A stretch of DNA of 62,930 nucleotides, filler included, from Octopus bimaculoides (lineage: Eukaryota), in NCBI RefSeq assembly GCF_001194135.2. It is 5 parts of 5 records of this genome, joined end to end, with 100 filler letters (N's around TTAATTAATTAA, not from the genome) between each part and the next. Parts side by side here need not be neighbours in the genome. Positions count along the whole stretch, not along the records: positions 1 to 25,756 come from NC_068984.1; 4 more parts are not named here. One strand, 5' to 3'. The notes beneath the pieces are model-generated. The model was not told the origin of the DNA. It saw nothing but the letters and a program-made list of their open reading frames with translations, and ran no database searches. Position numbers and translations under genes: made by a program. Within the stretch, counting starts at the first letter, position 1, and the number at the start of each line of letters is the position of its first letter. This document shows positions 1-12,696 of this stretch, piece by piece.

Positions 1-59
1 ATATATATGGGCGTGTGTCTCAGCGCTTGCATATACGCGTATATCTGCTGTAAGTTAAA

Positions 60-800
60 CATCTGAAGTATTTTACATTTTTCTCCATTCCAAAACTGGT
101 TTTTAATTAAAATTTCTTGGCTGTCTCTTTTGGGTTTTATATGGTTCAATTTCTTAAGACTAGCACTAAAGCGGTTACATAACTAAATAAACCGATAGCC
201 AAATGAATAAATCTAAAGTTATAGCTCAGTTGTTTTATCTGCAGATTCCTCATTAGTTCACAATTTGAATATTTCCTTTTACTAATTTAACGTCTGTTGT
301 ACAAATGATTGCTTCTACATTACACACATTTTTCTGTGTCCCAGATTTTTATATGTGTAAAATGGTTACATAATACAGAGGCTTTCAGAAATTTCTACCA
401 TTATTCTTTCATGTGTGGTTGAGTATGTCCACTTAATATTGTAAATTCTTATATTTCTTAGATTTTAATCTCTTTCATATAGATTATATTGTGTAGTGTA
501 TTGGTCACAATATCATGCCCCTACATTGCTAGTGTTCTGATGGCCTTTTAGAGAAGTCCATGTTAATTCCTCAGCATCACACAATTCACTTTAGCAGTGT
601 GTCGATCAGTTATCGAAGTTCAAACAGCTTTACTGCTGTTTAATATTATTTGGCAGATGTTTCCAGATTAAGCTAATCTTATATAGAATCCTTTATTGCT
701 AGTTTCTAGTTGAGTGAAAATATTAACTCGTTAATAAATATTCTTGCAAGAAAGATTTACTAATAAAATCTCTATAAAGCAAGGATGTTTGTAGAAGCTT
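60..800 (-). mobile_element. Highly degraded RLE-type (R4/NeSL-like) non-LTR retrotransposon 3' remnant
   Basis: Manual minus-strand translation across frameshifts gives HDIVTNTLHNII and ELMRNLQIKQLSYNFRFIHLAIG. These match HDVVAKTIYNAI (copy at 35851-36880) and ELLRNLQMLHPDYKFRFIPVIVGALG (copy at 34331). Many stops. Confidence 0.5.
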
Positions 801-826
801 TCGAGTTTAAGATTAAATGCATTTGA

Positions 827-959
827 ATGTTTATATATGTGTATATATATATGTGTGTATATATATATATGTGCGTATATATGTATATATATATATATGT
901 ATATATATGTATATATAGGTGTATATATATATGTATATATATGTATATGTATATATATG
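827..959. repeat. Compound (TA/TG) microsatellite running into a gap
   Basis: Directly visible. One of many such tracts, e.g. 12355-12780, 25590-25756, 47760-47845, 62400-62830. Confidence 0.95.
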
Positions 960-1236
960 NNNNNNNNNNNNNNNNNNNNNNNNNNNNNNNNNNNNNNNNN
1001 NNNNNNNNNNNNNNNNNNNNNNNNNNNNNNNNNNNNNNNNNNNNNNNNNNNNNNNNNNNGCCACTATGAAGGCGAGACGAACTGTTTTTTCTCCGTCCAG
1101 CTTCGTCATCTCACTAGCGATCAATATCAGATTTGCGTTTGGCCGTACAATTTTTAAATGTTGTTTTCACTGTCCATTTTTGTGTGTCTTGGTTTGTGTT
1201 TGCCACCTTGGAATCTTCTGTTTAGTGGGTCGATCC

Positions 1237-1345
1237 ACTACTCAGGAAGAGACTATTCTAGAGTATGTTCTGCCTTATCTTCGAAACGTCTAGTTAGAAT
1301 AGAAGCAGCTGATGAAGGAATAATTCCAAATGGCTATCTGTTTTC
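1237..1345 (+). ncRNA. Two tandem degenerate minimal hammerhead-ribozyme-like motifs (Penelope pLTR type)
   Basis: Motif A: acta-CTCAGGA-...cttc-GAAA-cg-TC-tagt (1237-1294), with stem I acta/tagt and palindromic ACGT stem III. Motif B: CTGATGA-a-ggaat-a-attcc-AAA, lacking the G of GAAA. Both have core substitutions. Confidence 0.45.
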
Positions 1346-1499
1346 CTATGTGTTCGTTCCGTTGTCTGTAGCTCATTTTTCTAACGTCCTGTACCCTGAT
1401 ATGCATCTATATACACATGTAGATGTAAGTATGTACATATATGTGTGTATACATGTATATATATTCTTTGTAATTCTGATTTGGCCATTGAAATGAAAA

Positions 1500-2260
1500 A
1501 TTTCTCGTTTATACATAATCAAAACGATTATTATTAATGTTATATGAAGAAGTTTTGACTAGAATACGCCTTTCTAATCTATAATTAATGTTATTGTCTT
1601 TCAGTTCCCAGATGTAACTACTTAGTAGAGTTCGCTTTACTTCTATTTCTGAAATTTGAGCGATGGGAATTATATCTAAGTTTCATTTCATTTTTAGTTC
1701 CTCCAATATAAGGTTTCTTGTAATTATTTGCGGGTACATCACAGTTGTATTTTTTTATGTTTTTAGTTTTACATTTATTTGAGAATTCACGAGTATTTTT
1801 TATCTCTGCAGCCACATAGATTATTAAGCTTGCCTGTGTCTATGATATGTTGAAGGGGGGCTATTATTTATAAGGTAGTTGTCCGCATTATTCGAGGACG
1901 AGTTATTAGGGAGGTCATTTATTATATTGGTTGATTGGCTGTTATGCTTTATATTGCTATTCTTCCTAGTTTCATAGAAGACGTCAAGTCTTTTATTGTT
2001 GATAGAGGTTATAATAGCAGCTAGGTTGCCAGTTAAGCTATGGCCTATTCTAATTTTATTGCTAAAGATTTCTGAGTATTCGGTATTCATATTAAAGTGC
2101 TTATTTATAAGTCTCATTATCGATTTAACTATGTTGGTTTTACGCTGCATCGTGAAGGGGATTATTAGCCATATATTATCCTTATTCCATTTGTTATTTT
2201 AAATATTATTGTTTTTGGTGTGGAAATTGTCCTCAGTATTGTTGTAGATCGTAAATTTAT
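1500..2260 (-). mobile_element. Penelope-like element, RT C-terminus plus GIY-YIG endonuclease remnant
   Basis: KDNIWLIIPFTMQRKTNIVKSIMRLINKHF resembles the PLE IIWFNPPF..TNIGK.FL.LI.KHF motif. Also PYIGGTKNEMKLRYNSHRSNFR and SYIWELKDNNINY, typical of the PLE GIY-YIG domain. Confidence 0.8.
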
Positions 2261-2764
2261 GGTTATAATTCTTCTTCTTCTTTCTATTGTTATTTTTATT
2301 ATTATTACTATCAGTTTTTGGGGGGTTGTTTCTGTACGATTTATTTTATAAATCTTGCTATTATCATTTCTAACAGGGGCCCTATTGTTTCCTTGAGATG
2401 TGTTATTTTTTATTCTTATTTATATCTTTATTATTATTAATATTATTATTCTTAGTATTGTTATTCTTCCCATTATTAGTATTTCTATCGTTATCATTTT
2501 TAATGTTGTTATTCATATTATTCTGAATCTTATCATTCTTCCTACTATTTTTGGTATTACTAGTGTTATTCCTATTAATGCTGTTCTTATTGTCTTTGTG
2601 GTTATTATAGTCATTTTGGGAATAATTCCTATTATTATAATAGTTTTGAACATTTATGTTATTCGGGTTATTTTTATAGGTTTCTGAGTAAAGGTATTTA
2701 ATTTTTTGCTTATAACCTGCTTTTTCTAATGCGCTGTTGTAGAATTCCTCATACTTATTAAAGA

Positions 2765-4374
2765 CTAGCAGTATAGCCCGGCTTTGCTCGGGATTAAGTT
2801 AGGATTATTAAGCTAATCAAGTTCTTTATTTCAAATCAAACTAAGTAACATCGACGTCAAATTTGGGCGAAATCCGTTGGAATTTGTAAACTTTTGGCTG
2901 AAAAAATGAGTTGCAGACAACTTGATTGGGTAATCCCATAAGAAATCGGTTTATCGATTTTTTTCCACTCATCGATTTTTTTTTCGTTTTTGGAGAACTT
3001 AAAGCATTNNNNNNNNNNNNNNNNNNNNNNNNNNNNNNNNNNNNNNNNNNNNNNNNNNNNNNNNNNNNNNNNNNNNNNNNNNNNNNNNNNNNNNNNNNNN
3101 NNNNNNNNNNNNNNNNNNNNNNNNNNNNNNNNNNNNNNNNNNNNNNNNNNNNNNNNNNNNNNNNNNNNNNNNNNNNNNNNNNNNNNNNNNNNNNNNNNNN
3201 NNNNNNNNNNNNNNNNNNNNNNNNNNNNNNNNNNNNNNNNNNNNNNNNNNNNNNNNNNNNNNNNNNNNNNNNNNNNNNNNNNNNNNNNNNNNNNNNNNNN
3301 NNNNNNNNNNNNNNNNNNNNNNNNNNNNNNNNNNNNNNNNNNNNNNNNNNNNNNNNNNNNNNNNNNNNNNNNNNNNNNNNNNNNNNNNNNNNNNNNNNNN
3401 NNNNNNNNNNNNNNNNNNNNNNNNNNNNNNNNNNNNNNNNNNNNNNNNNNNNNNNNNNNNNNNNNNNNNNNNNNNNNNNNNNNNNNNNNNNNNNNNNNNN
3501 NNNNNNNNNNNNNNNNNNNNNNNNNNNNNNNNNNNNNNNNNNNNNNNNNNNNNNNNNNNNNNNNNNNNNNNNNNNNNNNNNNNNNNNNNNNNNNNNNNNN
3601 NNNNNNNNNNNNNNNNNNNNNNNNNNNNNNNNNNNNNNNNNNNNNNNNNNNNNNNNNNNNNNNNNNNNNNNNNNNNNNNNNNNNNNNNNNNNNNNNNNNN
3701 NNNNNNNNNNNNNNNNNNNNNNNNNNNNNNNNNNNNNNNNNNNNNNNNNNNNNNNNNNNNNNNNNNNNNNNNNNNNNNNNNNNNNNNNNNNNNNNNNNNN
3801 NNNNNNNNNNNNNNNNNNNNNNNNNNNNNNNNNNNNNNNNNNNNNNNNNNNNNNNNNNNNNNNNNNNNNNNNNNNNNNNNNNNNNNNNNNNNNNNNNNNN
3901 NNNNNNNNNNNNNNNNNNNNNNNNNNNNNNNNNNNNNNNNNNNNNNNNNNNNNNNNNNNNNNNNNNNNNNNNNNNNNNNNNNNNNNNNNNNNNNNGTATA
4001 TCAACAAAACACTTTTTTCCTCGATGGAATAAAAAAACAACAAAATCTTAACGAAAACTTACTCGTCGCTACAAAGGGACTTAACTCCTGTTTGTAAACA
4101 ATGGTGATTTCTCCGACTAGAAAATTGTTAGAAGTTTTGGTTGAAAATTTATTTTTACTGCTATTCGCTGGTGCCTCTAGGAAAATAAGTTGACGAAATT
4201 ACAGCTAGGGTCATGACGAATGTCCTAAAATTGGAGCGACATGCGTCCTAATTTGTGGACGTGCATAAATTACATTCACGTACACACGCACGCACACATA
4301 CATACACACACACACACAGACACACACACACACATACACACACATACACACATCCTGTCTTTTATATATACAGA
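2765..4374 (-). mobile_element. Non-autonomous Helitron-type element spanning a gap
   Basis: Minus-strand 3' end has a GC hairpin (cccgagcaaagccggg) then CTAG at 2765-2768. A 5' TC follows A at 4374, with a CA microsatellite near the 5' end. Same architecture as 55044-55813. Continuity across the N gap is assumed. Confidence 0.6.
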
Positions 4375-4938
4375 TATCTTCGTTGAAAGAGAGGTGTGAG
4401 ATTCTCTTGCTGATGCCTTGTCTTCTTTTTATAAAAATATGTATGTATGTACGTGTGTGCGTGTATGTATTAACATATGTATGTATGCATGTATGTATTG
4501 GGGAAAACTTTCTCTAAGATAGTTTTATGAAGATAGGTTTAGTAATTCCAGAGATATCTTTAAAAATATCAACATCGTTAGAATATTAATTTAATGCTCT
4601 AATATCAATTAGAAGATTCACTTAAAATATTGATTTAAAACTATATTGGATTCATCGAAAGAGCATACATAAAATGAATATTTAATCGTTAATTACTCGC
4701 CGATTAATTTCAGATTCATCCTGACTTTTGACGTGGCTTACAACGTCCGATAAACTATGTTACTTTTAGTCTAAAAGTCAAGAAATATAGTCATAGAGAG
4801 AATCAATATCTATTGATTTCTAATATAGGCACAAGTCTTCACAATTTAGGTAAGAAAATAATTTAGTGTCAGAAACATAGCGATAACAGATTTGAAACTC
4901 AGTTTTAGCGTTGTTAATATTGGTTTTTCTAACTTAGG

Positions 4939-5129
4939 GCGGTGAGGTGGCAAAATCGTTAGCACGCCAGGAAAACTGCTTAGAAGCATTTCGTCCGTCT
5001 TCACGTTGTGAGATCAAATTCCACTGAAGTCAACTTTGCCTTTCATCCTTTTGAGGTCGATAAAATAAGTATCAGATGAATTTATCTCCTCCCCTTAAAC
5101 CTGCTGGGATGGTGCCAAAATTTGAAACC
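4939..5129 (+). mobile_element. tRNA-derived SINE family A (Meta-domain-like core) with about 22-bp TSD
   Basis: ggcggtgaggtggcaaaatcgttagc...gcctttcatcctt...ggtcgataaaataagta...aatttgaaacc, flanked by aatattggtttt(t)ctaacttagg at 4916-4938 and 5130-5151. Confidence 0.9.
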
Positions 5130-5159
5130 AATATTGGTTTTCTAACTTAGGCATAATAG

Positions 5160-5345
5160 CAGTTCAGAGGATGAGATAGAGTTAGTCGGTACTATTGAAG
5201 TCAATGTTTGACAGGCGCTTTATTTTAACGAGCCCTAAAAGATGAAAGCAAAGTTAACCTCGCAGAGATCTGAACTGAGAAGGTAAAGAGCCGAAGCAAA
5301 TACCACAAAGCATTTTGCCCGACGTTCTAACAATCCACCGCCTTA
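5160..5345 (-). mobile_element. Diverged SINE family A copy
   Basis: Reverse-complement similarity to 4939-5129 (aagatgaaagcaaagttaacctc...agcattttgcccgacgttctaacaatcc...cgcc). Confidence 0.7.
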
Positions 5346-5542
5346 ATGTTGTTAATAATAATGTTTCTTAATTTAGGCGCAATGACTGAAGCTCAATGAC
5401 TGAATCAAATAGAAGAATAAAGAACTCTTCTTAAAAGGAAGGAGACATTCTGTTTAATTGTATGACACGAACACACAAAAATGAACAAACCTTCCAGATA
5501 TTTGATTACTTACAGGAGAAGTATAACTTCATTGAACATATA

Positions 5543-6383
5543 TTGAATCATCCCATAGATAATGCAGTTTTTCAACTGCATGATCTAAAAGTCGGAGGGG
5601 GACGGGTTAAACTACTTGCATCAACTTGCTATAAAAGTAGGTAGTAATTTTACCTTGTCCTTATTCTTGGTGCAAGTTTTAAAGAGTGCAGTTCAATTTT
5701 AACAATTATTTTTTCAAAGCTATAATGGAAGTGACAAAGGAGCATATTCGGCATATTTTGCTTTATGGGTTCAATAAAGGCAACAACGCAAAGGAAAATG
5801 CGAGGAATATTAATGCAATATATGGGGATCGGACAATAAACGTAAGCCAGTGTCAACGTCAAGGACGTCCTGGTGGAACAAAACCTCAGCGTAACTATTG
5901 AAGAACTAGCAGAGAAGCTTTGATTTGGTCATTCAACCAGTCATTTAAGTCAGTGCTAGAAGAAAAACGACCATCTTTGGTTTCAAGACGAAAGGTGCTC
6001 TTCCATCAAGATAATGCTCGACCACATACAGCGAGGGCGACATTCCAAAGGCTGGAGCAATTTAAATGGGAAACGATGCCCCATCCACCATATTCGCCAG
6101 ACATTGCCCAATCTGATTATCATTTATTACGCAAGTCATCAAAATCATTTGGATGGAAAAAATATGAATTCTGTAGACGAAGTCAGAAACCTACTGGATG
6201 AGTATTTTTCGTCACGACAAGTGAATTTTGGAAGAGGGGGCCTTGCGAGTCTACCAGATAGATGGAAGAGCATTATAGAAAATGAAGAAGAGTATATTTT
6301 AGATTAGAAACGAACTTTGTTTATCGTAATTTTGAAAAATATAAGAAGTTTAAAAAAACCGCATTATTTATGGGATGACCGAA
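5543..6383 (+). mobile_element. Internally deleted mariner (Mos1-like) transposon
   Basis: TIRs ttgaatcatcccatagataatgc and gcattatttatgggatgaccgaa, with TA at both ends. Transposase pieces MEVTKEHIRHILLYGFNKG..., HQDNARPHTA, PHPPYSPDIAQSDYHL. The central part is missing. Confidence 0.95.
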
Positions 6384-7124
6384 TATATAAAATAATTAAA
6401 TATTAATTATATGCAGAACGTAAAAAACACATGCTCTACTCTGCAACAGGCTCAGTGTTGTGAATTGTTTATATCTGAACTTCTAGAGATATGTAGATTA
6501 CACATTAATCGATGGTTTATGTGATACATAAGCAGATGGATAGATCAAACTTTAAATAACATTTTAACACTTATATCAGCCATGTGTATAATTTAGTGAA
6601 AAAACGCTTCACATACAAAAAAAAATAGAGAGAGAACGGGGAGAGCGAACGAGAAATAATGAAGGAAGAGAGAGGAGGAAGACAAGAGAGAAGGCAAGAG
6701 AGAAGACGAGAGAAAGACGAACGAAAGACAAAAAAACAAACACTAAACTGGAAATTAAATTATGGAAAAGTGAAGAAAAACGCAGTAGTGATATGAACAG
6801 CAAGAACGATATACAGTGTAGTGACTCATGAATGGCGTCTGTGTTGTGTTTTATAATCAGAAGGTAGATTACAGCAGCTTTAAAGAAAATTATCGGTCTT
6901 TTTTTCTTTCTAGTATAATAGGAAAATGGAGGATACACAAGAAAGATTCATAAAAATAACAACTATCTAAATTAAGATGAATTTCAGTTAGAACACCGCA
7001 ATTAGAAATTTTGATAAATTTTACTTCATCAAATAATTGTATCTGTACTTCAAGGGTGATGGATTGGCAGAATAATTAGTTTTTGTAAAAAAATTTTCTT
7101 TGCGTCAAGCTTATAGGCAAGCTT

Positions 7125-7460
7125 ATGTTTCATGCTCCCGGGGTCGATGAAATAAAGTACCAGTCTAGTCATAAGGTTTAGTCATCAGGCTAGCCATAAG
7201 GTCGATGGTATCGACTTACTCTTAGTGAATTGCGAGCTGGCAGAATCGTTAGCACTCCAGACAAAATGCTTAACGGCATTTCGTCCAACTTCGCGTTCTG
7301 AGTTCAGATTCCGCTGAGGTCGACTTTGCCTTTCATCCTTTCGGAGCCCCCCCCCCCCAAAAAAGTACCAGTTGAGCAATGAGATTGATGTAATCGACTT
7401 TACCCCTCCCCTTGCAATCGAGTTGTCCCTTCGCTGGCCTTGTACCAGAATTTGAAACCA
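7125..7460 (+). mobile_element. SINE family A: partial 3' copy followed by a full copy (7232-7460)
   Basis: gcgagctggcagaatcgttagc...gaggtcgactttgcctttcatcctttcgg...aatttgaaacca. Confidence 0.9.
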
Positions 7461-10400
7461 ATTTTACATTTGCATTTATTGGGTTGGTAGAGGTGGTAGA
7501 CTTAATTCGTTACCCGGTTCAACGCTACCACATGACATTTAGGTGCCTTAGGCGCCCATTGCTAACATTCTTTATGCTTTTCTCCATCTCTCCCATATCA
7601 GTCTTGGGGGTCAAGGAAAAAGATCATGGGCCTGAATCTTCATAATTCACAAAAGGATTCAATTGAGAGGGTGTCTGATGACCAACAAAAATAGCGACAA
7701 ATTATATTTGGTCAGTTGTGTAGTACTATGTTCTATGTCTGTAATTAACACACCACTCAACCCTCTCATTTACGAATAATAACCATTTAGTTAAAACATG
7801 CTATCGTTACAAGGAGTGGGAAATTTATATCACTCAATATACCCGGCGTACTAACGATTCTGCCAGCTCGCCATAATTTGTTGGCTGAGTCTTATAAACA
7901 AGAGCTCATGCTCTTATTATAATCATCGGTCGGGCAGTATAACTTCGACTGAAGAGGAACACAACGAAGTCGAAGCACTGTAGTATTTCGAAGTCTCCTT
8001 AAACAGGTAGATCACGTGTGTTATGAGCACACATTGTCTAAAGGGATGTGTTCTCCGATGACGAAAACAAGAGAGATCGGCATATTCACCACTGAATCTG
8101 ATAAAACGTACAAAGAATGAATACATATGTTATTAATTGAAATCTTGCTGTTCTGCGTGCATCTCATGAATAATTATTTAAGGGAATTGACGAACAGAAA
8201 CTTTAACAATATTTCAATAACTGCAGCTGACTTGGTAGTATCTTCTACGACTTTTCCCGCTTTTTATGTGTCATTGGAAGAGTGAAGAAGTTGATAAAAG
8301 AAAGCAATTTCTGGTTGAACATCAAAAATTTACCGTCTAGTGATTGCTATTAATCCTCTGTAAAAAAAAATTAATATTTTTTATAACATATAATTAATTC
8401 CGATAAGAAATGAATGTTGTTTGACTATAATAAACGATCTGGATAACAGATGGATGCAGACAAATATCTAAAACATTTCTCAAAAGAACTGATGCATCCA
8501 AAAACGAAAAATATAGCTTTAGTGAATTTACAGTAATTTGCAAAAAGCATTGTTATTGTTTATTTATTTATTTATTTGCAACAAGAACAGATTATTCAAA
8601 ATAACTCTGCCAAGAAAACCTGAAATCAAAACAGTAAAAATTCGTTAACAGAGATGGATCATTTTTCTTTTCGACAATACTAGACCAAATGCTTCGCAAT
8701 TCACACTTCGAAAAATAACGGAAGTAGGTTATGAAAATTTGTTGCACCCAAATTTTTCATCTGACATTTTTCGAATCCACAAATCAGAAACCATTCCACC
8801 AAAAAAAAAAAAAAAAAAAAAAACCTATTATGAAACATTCGAGCAGTTCCTTGTCTCAAAGAAACTATGAAATGCTAAGAATCTTTAAAAACAGGAATAT
8901 CTAATTTAAAAGAATGAGGCAAGAAGTACCGAAAACAAGAACGAAATTCATTAAAAAGAAAAGTGCAATCTCTACTATGACTGTATTTTCTTTCTTGTTT
9001 GCCAACATCAAAAACAAAATGCGCGTGCACACTATCTCATTTCCCCATACACACACACATACACACACACCTAAATACATTAATGAACGCTTGTCATCAC
9101 AAACAGAAAAGAACACACACGTACACATTCACGTACACACTCACATACATACAGTAACATGTCATGCATGGCAGCACTAAGCGACTTGAAATAAACAAAA
9201 ACTCCAAACAAATGAAGCATTCATACGAGAAGGTCGCAGATGTACAATGAAAATATTCTTGAGAGTAAAACATAAAGATAAACGTGAAGTATCAGTGCGT
9301 GCGTGCGTGTGGTTTTTTAATGTGGTAATATTTCAAAGTTTCACAAACGTATCAGTTTTAGAACACAGATCGCGTGCATTGAAATGTATGAAATATTTTA
9401 ACATCCTGTTAGCAAAATATAATTTAACATAATGGAATATAGTTTGAGTAAGAAAAGAATAAAGAGATACTCTCAGGCTATAAAAATAGACATTATAAAA
9501 TGTATCAATCGTATTGGGTGTAAATCAGTTCTACGTGAGAGGGAAAGGAGAAGGAGATATGATGACGGGCTGGTAAAAGAGGGAAGATAAAGGGAAAGAA
9601 ACACTAGATGTGTGTAAGGGACGAGAATTTTCCGAGTGTAGTAGAAGACAGAATTTCAGTGGAGAACAAGTGTTAAGAAGGAAAGGTGAAGGCGTAAAGA
9701 GGTGAATATAAAGACTTAATTCGGTTAGGGCACAATGTGAAAAAGCTTTGTAATATAGATACCGGTAGGAAATAATTATATCAGATAAACTATTAAGGAG
9801 AAGGCGTACAATCACATTAATATTTCGAGGGATTTACAGCAGCATGAATCAGGTAGTCGTCAACTTCCAATAAACAATATTCCAGAATTGATTATGAACA
9901 AGGAAATGTCGTGGGGAATACCCTAAACTCTGAGGTAGTAGATGTGTCTTACCAGGTACGTAGATCGTTTATGAGTTACTGTTCGACAAAGAACTAAGAT
10001 GTGCAAAAAAATCGGCGCTTAGAGACGGTCGTAGATTTAATGGGGAGTGGGCGTGTGTTGTGGTGATTATGCATTTATACATTACATTTCAGCGTATACA
10101 ATGGCCACTAGAGGGAAATTAATATGTATTCTAGAGTTACACTTCTTATCTCGAACTACGCGCAGTCCACTCATTGTCACGTCTAAATCGATATAGATAA
10201 TACTATTATTATTCCTATGATAAATACTATCAATGCCACCGTTAACATTATTAGTTGGTACTGAAGTTGCTAGAGTAGCTATCAATGTTATCGCTGTGTT
10301 AATAATCCTTACTATGATCAAAGCAGTTGCGGCACAAGCCACTACAACTATTACTATAATTCTTAGCATAATTATTAACGCTGCTTACTAGATTATCCGT

Positions 10401-11829
10401 ATTACTCTGAGTGAGAATTAGAAAAGCAATATTAGACGGGATCAATTGACCGTGTTTTGTAACTTTGGCCTCGATAGATAACGTTAGTATGATGGCTGAT
10501 TGAGGCTTAATTATGATTATTCTTAATATAATCATTAATATTGGTGTTATGTGTATTTATATTAAATTTGTCATTAATAATATTCTCTCTAAGTGCGCAA
10601 TTGCTCTTATTACTCTCATACTCGCTACGGTCAATATAAGTAAAATCATCAATAAGTATTAGTGTTGTTAATGTTATTAGTATACTTTATCTTCATTATA
10701 TATGTATTTTCATTTTCTTTCTGTGACTGTTATTATTAAGCTAGTAGTAGAGATGTTTTCAGGTGCAGTGATGTTGTTAAGAGGGGTCAAAGCCTAGTTT
10801 TTGGAATGTCGGTGGTTTTTTTCCGAGAGGTAAGGCGGACTTAGTAAGGGAAATGTCCTCATATACATATACACACACACACACACANNNNNNNNNNNNN
10901 NNNNNNNNNNNNNNNNNNNNNNNNNNNNNNNNNNNNNNNNNNNNNNNNNNNNNNNNNNNNNNNNNNNNNNNNNNNNNNNNNNNNNNNNNNNNNNNNNNNN
11001 NNNNNNNNNNNNNNNNNNNNNNNNNNNNNNNNNNNNNNNNNNNNNNNNNNNNNNNNNNNNNNNNNNNNNNNNNNNNNNNNNNNNNNNNNNNNNNNNNNNN
11101 NNNNNNNNNNNNNNNNNNNNNNNNNNNNNNNNNNNNNNNNNNNNNNNNNNNNNNNNNNNNNNNNNNNNNNNNNNNNNNNNNNNNNNNNNNNNNNNNNNNN
11201 NNNNNNNNNNNNNNNNNNNNNNNNNNNNNNNNNNNNNNNNNNNNNNNNNNNNNNNNNNNNNNNNNNNNNNNNNNNNNNNNNNNNNNNNNNNNNNNNNNNN
11301 NNNNNNNNNNNNNNNNNNNNNNNNNNNNNNNNNNNNNNNNNNNNNNNNNNNNNNNNNNNNNNNNNNNNNNNNNNNNNNNNNNNNNNNNNNNNNNNNNNNN
11401 NNNNNNNNNNNNNNNNNNNNNNNNNNNNNNNNNNNNNNNNNNNNNNNNNNNNNNNNNNNNNNNNNNNNNNNNNNNNNNNNNNNNNNNNNNNNNNNNNNNN
11501 NNNNNNNNNNNNNNNNNNNNNNNNNNNNNNNNNNNNNNNNNNNNNNNNNNNNNNNNNNNNNNNNNNNNNNNNNNNNNNNNNNNNNNNNNNNNNNNNNNNN
11601 NNNNNNNNNNNNNNNNNNNNNNNNNNNNNNNNNNNNNNNNNNNNNNNNNNNNNNNNNNNNNNNNNNNNNNNNNNNNNNNNNNNNNNNNNNNNNNNNNNNN
11701 NNNNNNNNNNNNNNNNNNNNAGAGAAGACAGGAGGGTAGGAGTGAAGAGAAGAAGTAGGAGTCGGAGCAAGAGTAGAGAGGTGAGTGGGAGGAAGTAGGT
11801 GTTAGAGGAAGAGAGGAGAGGGGAGGAGG

Positions 11830-12345
11830 GTTAGATGAAGAGGGGAGGAAAGTTGACCCCATATGGTGCAAAGGAGCGAAGAGAGGATTAATCCCTGTTC
11901 ACGGCGAAACGGGAGTCCGGATGGCCCCTGTGCAAGGACAATCCGAACATAGACAGGTGTTGCAAAGAGTGACCAGTAGAGCGGAAATGGCGCGAGACCG
12001 GGGTGTCATTGCCGAGTTGGATGTCTCGGAAGTGTTCCGCGAACCGGTCAGCCAAACGGCGTCCTGTTTGCCCGATGTATAGAGAAGGTCAGAGAGATTT
12101 GGAGATACAGTAGATGACAGACATTGGTAGAAATACAGGTGAAGGAGTCGGTGATATGATAGGGTCGATGATTGATGCTGGTGAGGAGGGTGGTGTTGGA
12201 GAGGTAAGGACAAGTGCGACAGCGTGGGCGGAGCAAGGGAACGAGACGGGTTGGGAGGTTGGGTTAGGGAAGAACCTGTGGACCAAGAGGTCTTGCAGGT
12301 TGTGGGCTCGGTTGAAGGAGAGGAGGAGTCGGTCAGGGAAGATGT
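11830..12345 (-). mobile_element. Penelope-like element GIY-YIG endonuclease 3' end (a different lineage from 1500-2260)
   Basis: With frameshifts: RPRCRTCPYL...ITDSFTCISTNVIYCI..LYIGQTGRRLADRFAEHFRDIQLGNDTPVSRHF...RREQGLIL...APYGVN. This is the CxxC plus GIY-YIG pattern of PLEs. Confidence 0.9.
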
Positions 12346-12502
12346 GTGATATAAATATATATACATATATTTATATTTATATATATAATAACATGACATA
12401 TATACATACATACATATATACATATATATATATTTACATGTATATATATATTTACATGTGTGTATATATATTTACATGTGTATATATATTTACATGTATA
12501 TA

Positions 12503-12607
12503 CGAGGGTGTATGAAAAGTCTTGAGCCTCAAAAACACAAAACATGGTACAAGATTTCTGATGAAGGTCCAAGACTTCAAGGCTCAACACTCTTCATACA
12601 CCCCTTG
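12503..12607. mobile_element. 105-bp Tc1/mariner-type MITE inside a TA microsatellite
   Basis: TIRs cgagggtgtatgaaaagtcttgagcct and aggctcaacactcttcatacaccccttg, flanked by TA. Confidence 0.8.
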
Positions 12608-12664
12608 TATATATATATATTTATACGTATGTATTTATATGTACATATATTATATATACACACG

Positions 12665-12696
<32 letters not shown>

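Noticed and set aside
2400-2687. 95-aa Ile-rich hydrophobic ORF
   Set aside because: Low-complexity decayed ATT repeat, with no real membrane-protein signature.
2841-4051. Long ORFs of 200-400 aa in the track (also 10777-11871, 20346-21081, 51160-51864)
   Set aside because: They are open only because they run through N gaps.
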